Sequence record: SRR31156797_12923
Strand: one strand, 5' to 3'
Length of the DNA: 53,018 nucleotides
The notes beneath the pieces are model-generated. The model was not told the origin of the DNA. It ran no database searches and saw only the letters and a list, made by a program, of their open reading frames with translations. This document shows positions 30,409 to 39,751 of the stretch, one piece after another (positions within the stretch are counted from its first letter, which is position 1; the number at the start of each line of letters is the position of its first letter). A program made the position numbers and the translations under genes.

Positions 30409-33046
30409 GCACTAAACCAGTATTCAAAGTAAGGTTCAATCTTTTACCGTCAGATATGTCGATATAAACATGTTTTTCATCTAATTGGCTAATGAGGTGC
30501 TCATCTTCTCGCCGCAAGTAACCTTTGGGCAGGATAAGCAAGCTCTCTTTTACGCTATTTGGTATCGAGACTTCAAGCTTAATGCCGTCATCCGTCCGTT
30601 GCCAATGACTGATAACTTTGCCTTGCACTGATTCAAAACTTGCCTCGACATGATCAACATGCTCTAAAAAGTAAGGCTTAATAGTCAGCTGGTCGGCACC
30701 CACGGCTTCGTCACTTACTGTAATGCCAGCGAGCCCGTTGTAGAACCAATAAGCGTAAGAACTGAACATCGCATGATTACATGATCCATTCAGGTTATCA
30801 CCGAAGAACTCTTTCAGTGCGCAGTTCCCATCACTGAGCATAGACTTAATACCTGACTCATTTTGCAAACAACGATAAACCAAATGGTTTAAGCCATACT
30901 TATTAACCAGTGAATAGAAAAATCCTTGACCAAAGATACCAAACTCAACGTCATATCCGGCGGCAATTATCGCTTTTTCTAAACCTTTAACCAACGGATT
31001 CAAATCATCTTCTAGCTCAAAATAAATCGCGAAAATATAGCTAGTCTGGCTTCTGTCAGCATAACTACCATCATCATTTTTGAACTCGGTGACAATTCTC
31101 TTCTTAACCTCTTTCCCTAGTTCACTATATGTGGATTCATCACTTTTCGAACCCACAACCTTCGCAAAGTACGTCAGAAGCGTTATGTGGTAATAATAGA
31201 AACACGCAGCAGTGAAACCTAAAGCTGGCGAACCATGCTTAACGTTTTCCTTATTGGCAACCTTACTTCCCCAATCACCTAAACAAAAGTTATCCAGGTC
31301 TTCAAATTTCAACGTGTTTAAGTGTTCAAGTTGATCTTGAAGGTATGGGTAAACTTGCTTCACTAAATTGGCATTACCGTAATATTGGTAGTGGGTCTTT
31401 AGCAAATAAGGTACCGCTAATTGCCATCCAATAGGACCTGCACCCCCTCCTGTGCCTTTGGTTTGAATCCCCATGAATGGAGCTGTTTCAGGGAAACCAC
31501 CGTTGCTCGCCCGGTCTACAATGAAGTCAACAATCGTCTTTTCATACAGTTTTGCTGAGTTAAACATCATCACTTGTGATGGTGCCAGTGCAATCATATC
31601 GCCGCCGTAGGCAAAGCGTTCTCTGGCACAATCTTCAATCACAGAGTGGATATTATTCAACTTGGTATTTTTCGCTGCATCATAAAGTTCATTCAAGTCT
31701 TCGTTAGAGCATTGAAACTGCCCCACTTCGCTCAACTGATTATGAACATAAACCGCTTTGATATCGCTAAGTTGATTTAGCGTTAAACCAGATACTTGTA
31801 CATAACGGAAAGAGTGATACGTATATTGGTTGCAAAACTCAATAACGCCATCACGACAGATAATTTTATCGCGCTGTTCCGCTTTGTCTGGACCACCTTC
31901 ACCACCGGGGACAATGACATTTTCTGCCACTTCTTTACCCACAAACCCAGCTAGGCTTGAATCGGTGTTTATCGTTCCATCTGCTTCCATTTCTTCACTA
32001 TAGAGAAACTCGACGACTTGGCCATCGTTACCAGTGAACGTGATATCAACAAAACCGCTAACCATGATACCGAAGTCCACGACATGCGTCGTTTCATCAA
32101 GGGTGATGATCTGTTTTGCTGTAACTTCACGTCCTTTGGTGATTTTTTCGATATAGCTTGAACGCAGTGTACCAAAAGGTCCGTCTACTACTGTAGCGCT
32201 AACCCACTCAGTATTCAGGTAATTCAACAGCCCGTTTTGTTGATTAAACAAACGGAAATCGACGGTTTCACCTAAATACATGTTGTTGAATAGATAAGGC
32301 CCTTGCGCCACTTCCCACGTATCGTCACTTCCAACTATTTGGGCTATATCACTACCATTACGTAAGGTGATTTCAGCTAACAACATCGGCTTGCCGGTGG
32401 TCAAGTTTTTACGCAAATTGTATTTACCAAAAAGCGTCAATGGTGATGGGTTATACCAACCGTTCGCCAACTCAACCAAGATTTCGTTACTGCCCTCAAC
32501 GAGGTAATCTCTAATGTCGAACGTGTCGTAATAAACAAGTTCGCTGTAGTTCGACCAGTCATTGTTCAGTACGTAATTTGATACTTTGTTACCATTGACA
32601 TAAAGCGTGTAGTAACCCAAACCAACAATGTTGATATACGCCTCATCAGATAGACGACTTACCTGTAGTACTTTCCTTGCGACGATATTTCTACAATCTT
32701 GATAGTAATCTTTGTCGTTGATGAGTGGATTACTATCCGTAATCCACTGAGCATCAAATTCACCAAAATTACTGGTTACAAAACCAGAAACGAAACAAAC
32801 TTGGTTATTGTCAACATCATAAGAGGTAACTTCAACCTGATAGTTTTTACTCTTTTCCAGTTTAATATCGGTGAGAACATAACTTGTTTCAGTTTGTTCT
32901 AGATCGATATCAACTACACACTGTTTATTACTAAGTACTTTTATTGAAAATCTTTTTTGGTTGAAATTGACCTGCCATTTAACATGGATAGGCAAACAAT
33001 CAACAACTGTACTTCCACGTGTACCATTTATTGTTATGCTATCCAT
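30389..33046 (-). CDS. GH78 alpha-L-rhamnosidase-like glycoside hydrolase, cytoplasmic
   Basis: GLGYY..YVNG, YLGE..D.R, VVDFG, YHSFRYV, EDCARERFAYGGD, LGDW, SCNHAMF; no signal peptide. Confidence 0.85.
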   Translation of the reverse strand: MDSITINGTRGSTVVDCLPIHVKWQVNFNQKRFSIKVLSNKQCVVDIDLEQTETSYVLTDIKLEKSKNYQVEVTSYDVDNNQVCFVSGFVTSNFGEFDAQWITDSNPLINDKDYYQDCRNIVARKVLQVSRLSDEAYINIVGLGYYTLYVNGNKVSNYVLNNDWSNYSELVYYDTFDIRDYLVEGSNEILVELANGWYNPSPLTLFGKYNLRKNLTTGKPMLLAEITLRNGSDIAQIVGSDDTWEVAQGPYLFNNMYLGETVDFRLFNQQNGLLNYLNTEWVSATVVDGPFGTLRSSYIEKITKGREVTAKQIITLDETTHVVDFGIMVSGFVDITFTGNDGQVVEFLYSEEMEADGTINTDSSLAGFVGKEVAENVIVPGGEGGPDKAEQRDKIICRDGVIEFCNQYTYHSFRYVQVSGLTLNQLSDIKAVYVHNQLSEVGQFQCSNEDLNELYDAAKNTKLNNIHSVIEDCARERFAYGGDMIALAPSQVMMFNSAKLYEKTIVDFIVDRASNGGFPETAPFMGIQTKGTGGGAGPIGWQLAVPYLLKTHYQYYGNANLVKQVYPYLQDQLEHLNTLKFEDLDNFCLGDWGSKVANKENVKHGSPALGFTAACFYYYHITLLTYFAKVVGSKSDESTYSELGKEVKKRIVTEFKNDDGSYADRSQTSYIFAIYFELEDDLNPLVKGLEKAIIAAGYDVEFGIFGQGFFYSLVNKYGLNHLVYRCLQNESGIKSMLSDGNCALKEFFGDNLNGSCNHAMFSSYAYWFYNGLAGITVSDEAVGADQLTIKPYFLEHVDHVEASFESVQGKVISHWQRTDDGIKLEVSIPNSVKESLLILPKGYLRREDEHLISQLDEKHVYIDISDGKRLNLTLNTGLVHAKESS

Positions 33047-33051
33047 AATTA

Positions 33052-34398
33052 TTAGCTCTTCACTTCCGCTGCTTTAAGTTGTAGAGCTTCCTGCTCTAAT
33101 TCAACACGATTTTGCTCTGCTATTGCATCTTCTTCTGCTTTCTCTTCTGCAAAGGCAATTCTGTCTGCAATCTTGAAGAAGAAGTACCAACCCGCGAAGC
33201 GAATGAATAGTGATACAAACTGGAACGCTGCTATCTTCCAACTGCCCTGCATAAAGCCTGATACGATGACTGGCATACCTGCTGGCGTCATAACACCGGC
33301 TACCGCTGGTAGAATCCCCGCTATAGTCATGTAGTAAGCCGCAGCTAGCATTACACCATTTAGTAGGATGTAAGGAATAGCCAATGCAAAGTTCATTACA
33401 AGTGGAACACCGTATGCCATCGGTTCACCGATAGTGAATACCGCAGGTGCTAGAGAGATACGGCCTAGCGTTTTGTAACGTTGGCTGCGAGCCATAAATG
33501 CAAGCATAAATGCTAGCGGTAACAAGTCACCCGCTGTGTAAGTCATGAAGAACGCGAAACCGGTAATGTTTGGCGTCGGTGCACCTGATGAGAATGCCGC
33601 AAGCTGCGCTGCGTCCATCGCAAACCAGATAGGCGCTACAATACCCAGCGTAATTGCGTGACCGTGTAACCCGAAGAACCATAAAGTTTGAGCGATAATA
33701 GAGACAAGAATGACCGAACCAATACCAGAACCTAAAGCCGTTAATGGTGACTGGATAATGCTATAAATGATTTCATGAATACTGCCTAAACCATTAATCG
33801 TGATGGCAGCAGAAATAATAGTGAAAGCCGTTAGAATCACAATGCCAGGAACTAATGATGAAAATGACTTCGAAATAAATTCAGGTACGCTATCCGGCAT
33901 ACGAATAATCAAGCCTTTCAGCGTAATAGCCACAAAGATGCGCGATGAAATAAACGCAACCATGATACCTGTAAACAGTCCCATAGAACCTAGCCATTGG
34001 TTAGGAATACTGAATGACTGCCCTAGTGGCCCCACCGCACCCAGTTCATATGGCGTTAAGATAAAGAAAGAGATCATTGATATTAAGCCGGCTGTAAAGC
34101 CATCAACATCAAAGCTCTTCGCCAGAGTATAAGCGACTGAGAAAGAAACGATTACCGCTAAAAAGTTGTTGGTAAAGTTGATCGGTATATCAAAGAATGG
34201 CGCCAGATTGTGCAGTGCAATAAAGTCCTGCCAGACTTCTAGCGGAAACACTTTTAGTAATGTAGCAAAGGAACTCATGATGGTCGCGGGTAGCACTAAC
34301 ATCATACCGCGCATAATTGCTTGTAAGTATCGGTTTTGTCCGACCTTCTGCATAATAGTCATTAGTCTATCTTGCAGCATGTTTGCATCAATTTTCAT
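33052..34398 (-). CDS. PTS lactose/cellobiose family IIC (divergent)
   Basis: IRMPDSVP, LWFFGLHG, FTIGEP..YGVP, FFKIADR. Confidence 0.9.
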   Translation of the reverse strand: MKIDANMLQDRLMTIMQKVGQNRYLQAIMRGMMLVLPATIMSSFATLLKVFPLEVWQDFIALHNLAPFFDIPINFTNNFLAVIVSFSVAYTLAKSFDVDGFTAGLISMISFFILTPYELGAVGPLGQSFSIPNQWLGSMGLFTGIMVAFISSRIFVAITLKGLIIRMPDSVPEFISKSFSSLVPGIVILTAFTIISAAITINGLGSIHEIIYSIIQSPLTALGSGIGSVILVSIIAQTLWFFGLHGHAITLGIVAPIWFAMDAAQLAAFSSGAPTPNITGFAFFMTYTAGDLLPLAFMLAFMARSQRYKTLGRISLAPAVFTIGEPMAYGVPLVMNFALAIPYILLNGVMLAAAYYMTIAGILPAVAGVMTPAGMPVIVSGFMQGSWKIAAFQFVSLFIRFAGWYFFFKIADRIAFAEEKAEEDAIAEQNRVELEQEALQLKAAEVKS

Positions 34399-34547
34399 AA
34401 TTCACAGACCATTTATCACTTCGAAAGGAATACATACGTATTATTTCGTATTGTTATGTTATTAACTCTTCTAGTAAGTGGCTTTAAGCGAAATCACTAA
34501 AACCCCTATAATTCTGATGTTAAGAGATAATCCTAGAAGCAGTAATA

Positions 34548-34580
34548 TCGTCTGTTGCAGTTTTAATTGACCGTTTTTGC
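34548..34580 (-). promoter_or_regulatory. Tandem activator site B, upstream of IIC-GH78-AraC
   Basis: TCGTCTGTTGC-N11-ACCGTTTTTGC; CRP-like TGTTA-N6-TCACA at 34605-34620. Confidence 0.55.
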
Positions 34581-34641
34581 ATTAAGGTTTTAGGCCTAAA
34601 ATAGTGTTATTTTCATCACATTTTCACCTAGTATTTCTTGT

Positions 34642-35061
34642 CTATTCGTTAGATTTAAATGCCAACAAATCTTGTAATGTGAAGTCAGACAAGGTTTGCT
34701 GAAACTGTTGTTCCGCTTTAGTGACAATTTGCGAAATGAAATACTCCGTCCCAGTAGACGGCACAGACCAATAAGGCACTGGCTCGGTGCTATCAAAGGC
34801 AAGGTAGATATCTTTAATGGTGATATCAGACGGGTCTGCATTTAACGAGTAGCCGCCATACCTTCCAGGTGTTGACGTAATGAACCCAGCTTTAGAGAGT
34901 TTACCCAATAATTTACGAATGACCGTCGCGTCACCATCCAACCGCTCAGCAATATCATTACTTTTGGCTAGGCTTTCACTATCACTTAACAGCACCATGG
35001 CTCTGATCGCCAAATGAAACCATTTTGGACCTAAATCCCCCGCTTGCGTGATGATCTGCAT
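34642..35061 (-). CDS. Rrf2 family regulator with no cysteines
   Basis: LAIRAMVLL, IRKLLGKLSKAGFITS.PGRYGGY.L, ITIKDIY, TLQDL. Confidence 0.9.
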   Translation of the reverse strand: MQIITQAGDLGPKWFHLAIRAMVLLSDSESLAKSNDIAERLDGDATVIRKLLGKLSKAGFITSTPGRYGGYSLNADPSDITIKDIYLAFDSTEPVPYWSVPSTGTEYFISQIVTKAEQQFQQTLSDFTLQDLLAFKSNE

Positions 35062-35120
35062 ATCATTCCCTTTAGATGTTTTTAATTCGATGCTGAGTTG
35101 ACCGACAGTATTTTAAATGA

Positions 35121-35158
35121 TAATTCTAATTGTGCAAAATAAAGCACAATTAGAATTA
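35121..35158. promoter_or_regulatory. Putative Rrf2 operator
   Basis: Perfect 15-bp inverted repeat TAATTCTAATTGTGC-N8-GCACAATTAGAATTA. Confidence 0.75.
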
Positions 35159-35181
35159 CACTACTTTGTTTAGGAGTCAAA

Positions 35182-36732
35182 ATGCTTGCTGTTAACCGAA
35201 TGTTCGGCCATAACATGGTTCTTCAACGTAACAAAATCATTAACGTTTGGGGAACTGGGGAAATAGGAAGTACTATCGAACTTCAGTTATCACAAACAGC
35301 GACTTCTAAGACGAGAGAATTAGCCAGTAACACGACTGTGGTTGATTTCAACGGCAACTGGTTCATCGAACTGCCTCCCCAAGAGGCGTCATTCAATGTG
35401 TCATTAACTGTGCGCAGTGGCACCGAGGAACTAACGCTATTAAATATCGGCATTGGTGAAGTCTGGATTGCAGGTGGCCAGTCCAATATGGAGTATCAAG
35501 TCCATTTTGACGACAACAAAGCCGTTATGTTGGATAAACTACAAAATGTACATGTCCGTCATTTTAATGTCCCTAGAATCTCTATCCCAGAAATGGATGA
35601 GTTGTATAACTACGAAGACTTTGGCGTCTGGCTTGAATCGACTAAGGACAACCTACCTAATTTCTCATCTGTTGCTGCTTATTTTGCCAACGACATTCAA
35701 CTTAATTTAAATGTTCCGATTGGTATTATTGGTTGTAACTGGGGAGGAACACCTGCCTGTGCATGGATCGAACCGAGTTATCTTGAAGGTAATGAAGGCC
35801 AAGTCTGGCTAAGCGAGTACGCCAATAAAGTAAAGGGGATCGATGTTGCAAAAGACAAACACAACTACATAAATCATCCCAATAGCGATACCAGCCAACC
35901 TCTCAAGCGTATTGACGGATTGCTGGGAAAAATTATGTACCCCGGGTTAAACCTACAAGAACAAGCTCTTTTGGTGAAGCTAACAACCGAGGAAGATACC
36001 AGTCTAAATCCAATCAGTGGCGGGCCACATCACCAATATCGTCCAGGGGGGCTTTACCAGAATATGGTCAGACAGATAGCGCCCTACACAGTCCGCGGAG
36101 TTATTTGGTATCAGGGTGAAAGCGACTCACCACATGCTGATGTATACCAAACCGTTTTTCGTCAACTTATCAAGTGTTGGCGAGATCTTTGGCAAGAGAA
36201 ACTGCCTTTCCTTTTTGTTCAACTGGCTCCCTTTGAGAAATGGCTGGCTATTGATGGCAACGCGTTTCCCGAACTTCGCAAGCAACAACAGTTAGTCGAA
36301 GATACGGTAGAAAACACCTGGATGGTCACTTCTGGCGATGCTGGAATGGATATCGATATTCATCCTAAAATCAAGCAACCCATTGGTCAGCGACTCGCAC
36401 TTCAGGCGCTAAATTATATCTATGAAAAAGATGTGCTATCTGATGCGCCAAGGTTATTAAATATCAACCAAACAAAGCATCGTATCGAATTTGTTTTCTC
36501 GAATGCTGATGGCCTTTCTATCAAAGGAAATACGGTGAATGCTCTGTTGCTTAAAGACCAAAACGGTCATTTACTCCAGCCTGAAAAATCATACGTTGAG
36601 AAAGATAAGTTGATACTTGAAGGAGAAGTATCTTCTGTAGTCAAAATAGAGTTCGCAACAACCGCTTACTATAGCGTTAACCTTTTTGATCACTCGGACA
36701 TTCCTGCCAGACCGTTTGAAGTCACTCTCTAA
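35182..36732 (+). CDS. Sialate O-acetylesterase (SASA/SGNH) family carbohydrate esterase
   Basis: MVLQR, GEVWIAGGQSNM, NWGGT, IWYQGES, DIHP; no signal peptide. Confidence 0.88.
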   Translation: MLAVNRMFGHNMVLQRNKIINVWGTGEIGSTIELQLSQTATSKTRELASNTTVVDFNGNWFIELPPQEASFNVSLTVRSGTEELTLLNIGIGEVWIAGGQSNMEYQVHFDDNKAVMLDKLQNVHVRHFNVPRISIPEMDELYNYEDFGVWLESTKDNLPNFSSVAAYFANDIQLNLNVPIGIIGCNWGGTPACAWIEPSYLEGNEGQVWLSEYANKVKGIDVAKDKHNYINHPNSDTSQPLKRIDGLLGKIMYPGLNLQEQALLVKLTTEEDTSLNPISGGPHHQYRPGGLYQNMVRQIAPYTVRGVIWYQGESDSPHADVYQTVFRQLIKCWRDLWQEKLPFLFVQLAPFEKWLAIDGNAFPELRKQQQLVEDTVENTWMVTSGDAGMDIDIHPKIKQPIGQRLALQALNYIYEKDVLSDAPRLLNINQTKHRIEFVFSNADGLSIKGNTVNALLLKDQNGHLLQPEKSYVEKDKLILEGEVSSVVKIEFATTAYYSVNLFDHSDIPARPFEVTL

Positions 36733-36873
36733 AACAGCGCAATTCATAGTCTGGTTTATGGCGATAAGGTCGTTGAAGTCGCCGTACTCATTATCCATAT
36801 CCAACTCTGTTTAATTCTTGGATGTGGGGAATGTTAGTGGCTTTTAATAAGCCAAATTCAAAGTTCAGAAAGT

Positions 36874-36934
36874 AAAAATAGGCAATAACTAAAGACGATA
36901 GCGATAACGAAAAGAGCGAAATACCGAGTACTCT
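36874..36934 (+). promoter_or_regulatory. Putative AraC box, copy 6, with -10
   Basis: AAAAATAGGCAA-N8-GACGATA; TACTCT 55 nt from the motif start. Confidence 0.65.
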
Positions 36935-36965
36935 GGGCGGTAGACTCAACAGTTCTAGGTAAGAC

Positions 36966-38123
36966 ATGACTAAAAGCCATTCTGAAACGATAGATTCCAA
37001 TATCCTGTATGAAAAAAAGCGTAAAAGACTACCCGAATGGGTAAAAATCTTGCTCGCCATCATTATCATATTAACCAGCGCAATCTATTTATATCTGAAG
37101 CAACCTCAGTTCGCCTCCCCTTTTATTGAACCCCAGAAATATGGAGGCAAGTTTTATGATGGGACGTTCCACAACACTGAAGAAGCTCCAGTTATAGAGT
37201 CAGATGAAAATGTGGTGGTGAGTTGGATTAAGTTCCTGACCGAAGAACAACCAGATGCAAAACCTCTGACGGCTCTGCCATCAACCAAAACCGATCTGTT
37301 TAGCCTGAATCCGTCGGACAATGTCATTGTCTGGATGGGACACTCTTCTTATTTCATTCAAATGGATGGCCTGCGTTTGTTAATTGATCCGGTATTCAGC
37401 CACAACGCATCACCGGTTCCATACACCAATGAATCGTTTAAAGGCTCCAACATATACTCAGTGGCAGACATACCTGAAATTGACTATTTACTCATATCTC
37501 ACGATCACTGGGATCATCTTGATTACCCGACCATTCATGCATTAAAAGATAAAGTTAACCAAGTTATTTCACCGATTGGTGTCGGATCATATCTGGCTCA
37601 GTGGGGCATTGCAGAGAAGCGGATATTTGAAGGTGATTGGTACGATTCGTATGTTACAGATGACCTCGAAATACACATTTTGCCCGCACAACATTTTTCA
37701 GGACGCCTTCTTAAACGAGACCGAACTCTATGGGGCTCTTTTGCTGTAATAAGTCAAAACCATAAGATCTACCTTGGTGGGGACAGCGGCTATGGCAAAC
37801 ACTTTAAAGAGATATCTGAACGACTAGGCGGTTTTGATATTGCCGTACTTGAAACAGGGCAATACAACAAAAACTGGCCATTTATTCATATGATGCCAGA
37901 AGAAACGGCTCAGGCTGCGTTGGATCTCAAAGCTAAAGCGCTCCTTCCATCCCATAACAGTAAATTCAAGTTATCTAAACACTCCTGGTATGAACCGTTA
38001 GACAGAATAGTCAACGCCAGCAGTAATAAGCCGTACCAACTAATGACGCCACTAATCGGTGAAAAAATTATGTTAGATAACGACAACCAATCATTTACGC
38101 ATTGGTGGAAACACATTGAATAG
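36966..38123 (+). CDS. MBL-fold metallo-hydrolase, RomA/NAPE-PLD-like (paralog of 10354)
   Basis: N-terminal TM; WMGHSS, ISHDHWDHLD, QHFSGR, GGDSGY, IHMMPEE. Confidence 0.88.
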   Translation: MTKSHSETIDSNILYEKKRKRLPEWVKILLAIIIILTSAIYLYLKQPQFASPFIEPQKYGGKFYDGTFHNTEEAPVIESDENVVVSWIKFLTEEQPDAKPLTALPSTKTDLFSLNPSDNVIVWMGHSSYFIQMDGLRLLIDPVFSHNASPVPYTNESFKGSNIYSVADIPEIDYLLISHDHWDHLDYPTIHALKDKVNQVISPIGVGSYLAQWGIAEKRIFEGDWYDSYVTDDLEIHILPAQHFSGRLLKRDRTLWGSFAVISQNHKIYLGGDSGYGKHFKEISERLGGFDIAVLETGQYNKNWPFIHMMPEETAQAALDLKAKALLPSHNSKFKLSKHSWYEPLDRIVNASSNKPYQLMTPLIGEKIMLDNDNQSFTHWWKHIE

Positions 38124-38160
38124 GGTTAACCCTTAATCACTATAATCTGGTAACGATTCT

Positions 38161-39690
38161 ATGACCTTAAATACCCAAGATATTAATCAGCAACCTGTCG
38201 TCGAAACTCTGGCAGGAAAAGTTGCTGGTAGATCAATCAACAACATCTCGGTTTTCCAAGGCATTCCATACGCACAGCCTCCTGTCGGAACATTACGCTG
38301 GAAAGCACCGCAGCCAGTTAATCAATGGGAAGGGATTAAACAAACCACTGAGTTTGCGCCCGCATGTTCACAATTAGAGAATGCGTTTACGACCGTTCCC
38401 GGTCAGGCTATTAGTGAAGACTGTCTGTATCTGAATGTGTGGTCCCCTGCACAATCGGCTGATGATAGCATTCCGGTTTTGGTATGGATTCATGGCGGTG
38501 GCTTCTCATTTGGTTCAACAGCGCAGCCCATATTCAATGGTATTGAACTGGTAAAGAAAGGCGTGCTTTTTGTCAGTCTAGCCTATCGCGTCGGACCACT
38601 AGGATTCATGGCTCACCCAGCCCTGTCTCAAGAGAGTCCGCATGATACATCCGGCAACTATGGTCTGTTAGATCAAATTGAAGCGCTAAAGTGGGTTAAG
38701 AAAAATATCAGAAAATTTGGTGGTGACGACCAGAATATTACCATCATGGGTGAATCCGCAGGTGGTATCTCAGTCAGTATGCTCGCAGCATCACCACTGG
38801 CGAAAGGCCTGTTCAATAAAGCCATAGCTCAAAGTGGCGCATCTTTTGGAACGGTAAGTAAACAGGGTGATGAAGGAAGTAATGTAAAACCGCTCGCTGA
38901 GGCGGAAGTGATGGGTAAATGTTTTGCTGATTCGTTAGGCGCCACAACCAGTGAAGAATTAAGATCACTCCCCGTAGAAGTTATTTTATCTAAGATGCCC
39001 AAAGTGAGTGAGCTTGTGTTGGAGTGTTCCTGGCCGGTATTAGACGGTTATGTGATCGCTGACGATCCGGTGGCACTTTACCAGTCAGGCAAACACAACG
39101 ACACGCCAATATTAATCGGTTCAAACGCAGCTGAAGGCAGCTTGTTTTTCCAAACTGCGACAATTGAAAACTATAAAGCTTCTGTTGAAAGCAGATTTGG
39201 CGAATACAGTGAAAATATACTCAAAGCTTTTCCGGCCACCAGCCATGAGCAGGCGCTTGAATCACAACAAAATCTTTTCCGCGATCTGGTATTTAGTTGG
39301 CACAGCTGGACCTGGTCTAAACTTCAGTCGAAATACGGCAGTGGCAAGGTATATAACTACTATTTCAACCACACACCTCCGAAACTTCCGGGTATGCCAG
39401 AATTCGGTCCGACCCACGCCGCTGAGCTACCTTATGTCTTCAATCTTCTACCGCCACCAAGACAATGGACCGCAGACGATTATAAGCTCGCCGATCAAAT
39501 GTCTTGTTACTGGACCAATTTTGCTAAAACCGGAAACCCAAACTCGAGTGATCTGCCACATTGGCCTAATTGGACTTCGGATAACCCACAAGTCATGCAT
39601 TTTAATCAAACAGCGGAATTGGGTGAAGTGGCAAACATAGAACAACTTGAAGCCATTGATGGCTATTTTTCTGTCAAAAGAAAATCTTAG
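38161..39690 (+). CDS. Type-B carboxylesterase (PnbA-like)
   Basis: GIPYAQPP, SEDCLYLNVW, HGGGF, GESAGG, THAAEL. Confidence 0.93.
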   Translation: MTLNTQDINQQPVVETLAGKVAGRSINNISVFQGIPYAQPPVGTLRWKAPQPVNQWEGIKQTTEFAPACSQLENAFTTVPGQAISEDCLYLNVWSPAQSADDSIPVLVWIHGGGFSFGSTAQPIFNGIELVKKGVLFVSLAYRVGPLGFMAHPALSQESPHDTSGNYGLLDQIEALKWVKKNIRKFGGDDQNITIMGESAGGISVSMLAASPLAKGLFNKAIAQSGASFGTVSKQGDEGSNVKPLAEAEVMGKCFADSLGATTSEELRSLPVEVILSKMPKVSELVLECSWPVLDGYVIADDPVALYQSGKHNDTPILIGSNAAEGSLFFQTATIENYKASVESRFGEYSENILKAFPATSHEQALESQQNLFRDLVFSWHSWTWSKLQSKYGSGKVYNYYFNHTPPKLPGMPEFGPTHAAELPYVFNLLPPPRQWTADDYKLADQMSCYWTNFAKTGNPNSSDLPHWPNWTSDNPQVMHFNQTAELGEVANIEQLEAIDGYFSVKRKS

Positions 39691-39707
39691 CCATCTCATG
39701 TACCAAT

Positions 39708-39742
39708 AAAAAAATGCCAGTTCAGTTGAACTGGCATTTTTT
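39708..39742. terminator. Bidirectional terminator
   Basis: AAAAAATGCCAGTTCA-GT-TGAACTGGCATTTTTT. Confidence 0.8.
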
Positions 39743-39751
39743 GACAACTTC

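Noticed and set aside
36791-37069. 92-aa hydrophobic minus-strand ORF
   Set aside because: It overlaps the MBL start and its predicted promoter and AraC box, and has no family features.
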